A DNA stretch of 62,778 bases, counting the filler, from Sphacelaria rigidula (taxonomy: Eukaryota), in NCBI GenBank assembly GCA_964200075.2. It is 9 parts of 9 records of this genome, joined end to end, with 100 filler letters (N's around TTAATTAATTAA, not from the genome) between each part and the next. Parts side by side here need not be neighbours in the genome. Positions count along the whole stretch, not along the records: positions 55,894 to 62,778 come from CAXNAA020017579.1; 8 more parts are not named here. One strand, given 5' to 3'. The notes below the pieces were generated by a model. That model saw only the letters and a list, made by a program, of their open reading frames with translations. It searched no databases and had not been told where the DNA came from. The position numbers and the translations under genes are program-made. Positions within the stretch are counted from its first letter, which is position 1, and every line of letters starts with the position of its first letter. Below are positions 62,621 to 62,778 of this stretch, piece by piece.

Positions 62621-62778
62621 CGCGCTTTTTACCGATAAATAACGCTCATTCTTACGGCTTGACACAGTTTTTACCCATGAAAGCGCCCCGAGAGTGTGTT
62701 CTTTGACACACTTAGCAGTCCTTTCCCGGCTTTGTAGGGGCGGACCCCCGATGGGGTTAGCGTCGCGTGGCGATGACG

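Overview
Eukaryotic, repeat-rich genomic DNA, most likely a brown alga of the kelp/Ectocarpus type. This is inferred from short GT-AG exons in long repeat-filled introns, stramenopile-like proteins and poly-G/C tracts. The window is not one locus. It is nine unrelated contigs of about 6.89 kb joined by artificial 100-nt spacers (44 N + TTAATTAATTAA + 44 N), so nothing can be inferred across spacers. Recognisable genes: (i) a head-to-head pair of paralogous membrane-anchored YHS-domain (seleno)protein-family genes (contig 2); (ii) an intronless 419-aa low-complexity protein with a C-terminal YxxVNxxLRxxH helix resembling the FAM104/VCF p97-binding motif (contig 3); (iii) three exons of a PDR-type ABCG transporter (contig 5); (iv) low-complexity exons of unknown genes (contigs 4, 8, 9). 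The rest is mostly mobile DNA: a decayed Ty3/Gypsy pol with a chromodomain-like end, an LTR+PBS+gag remnant, piggyBac-type and Stowaway-like MITEs, long-TIR elements, tRNA-derived SINE-like repeats, and retroposon 3' ends that terminate in poly(C). No rRNA, bona fide tRNA gene or CRISPR array was seen. All family calls come from motif recognition by eye, not from database searches.
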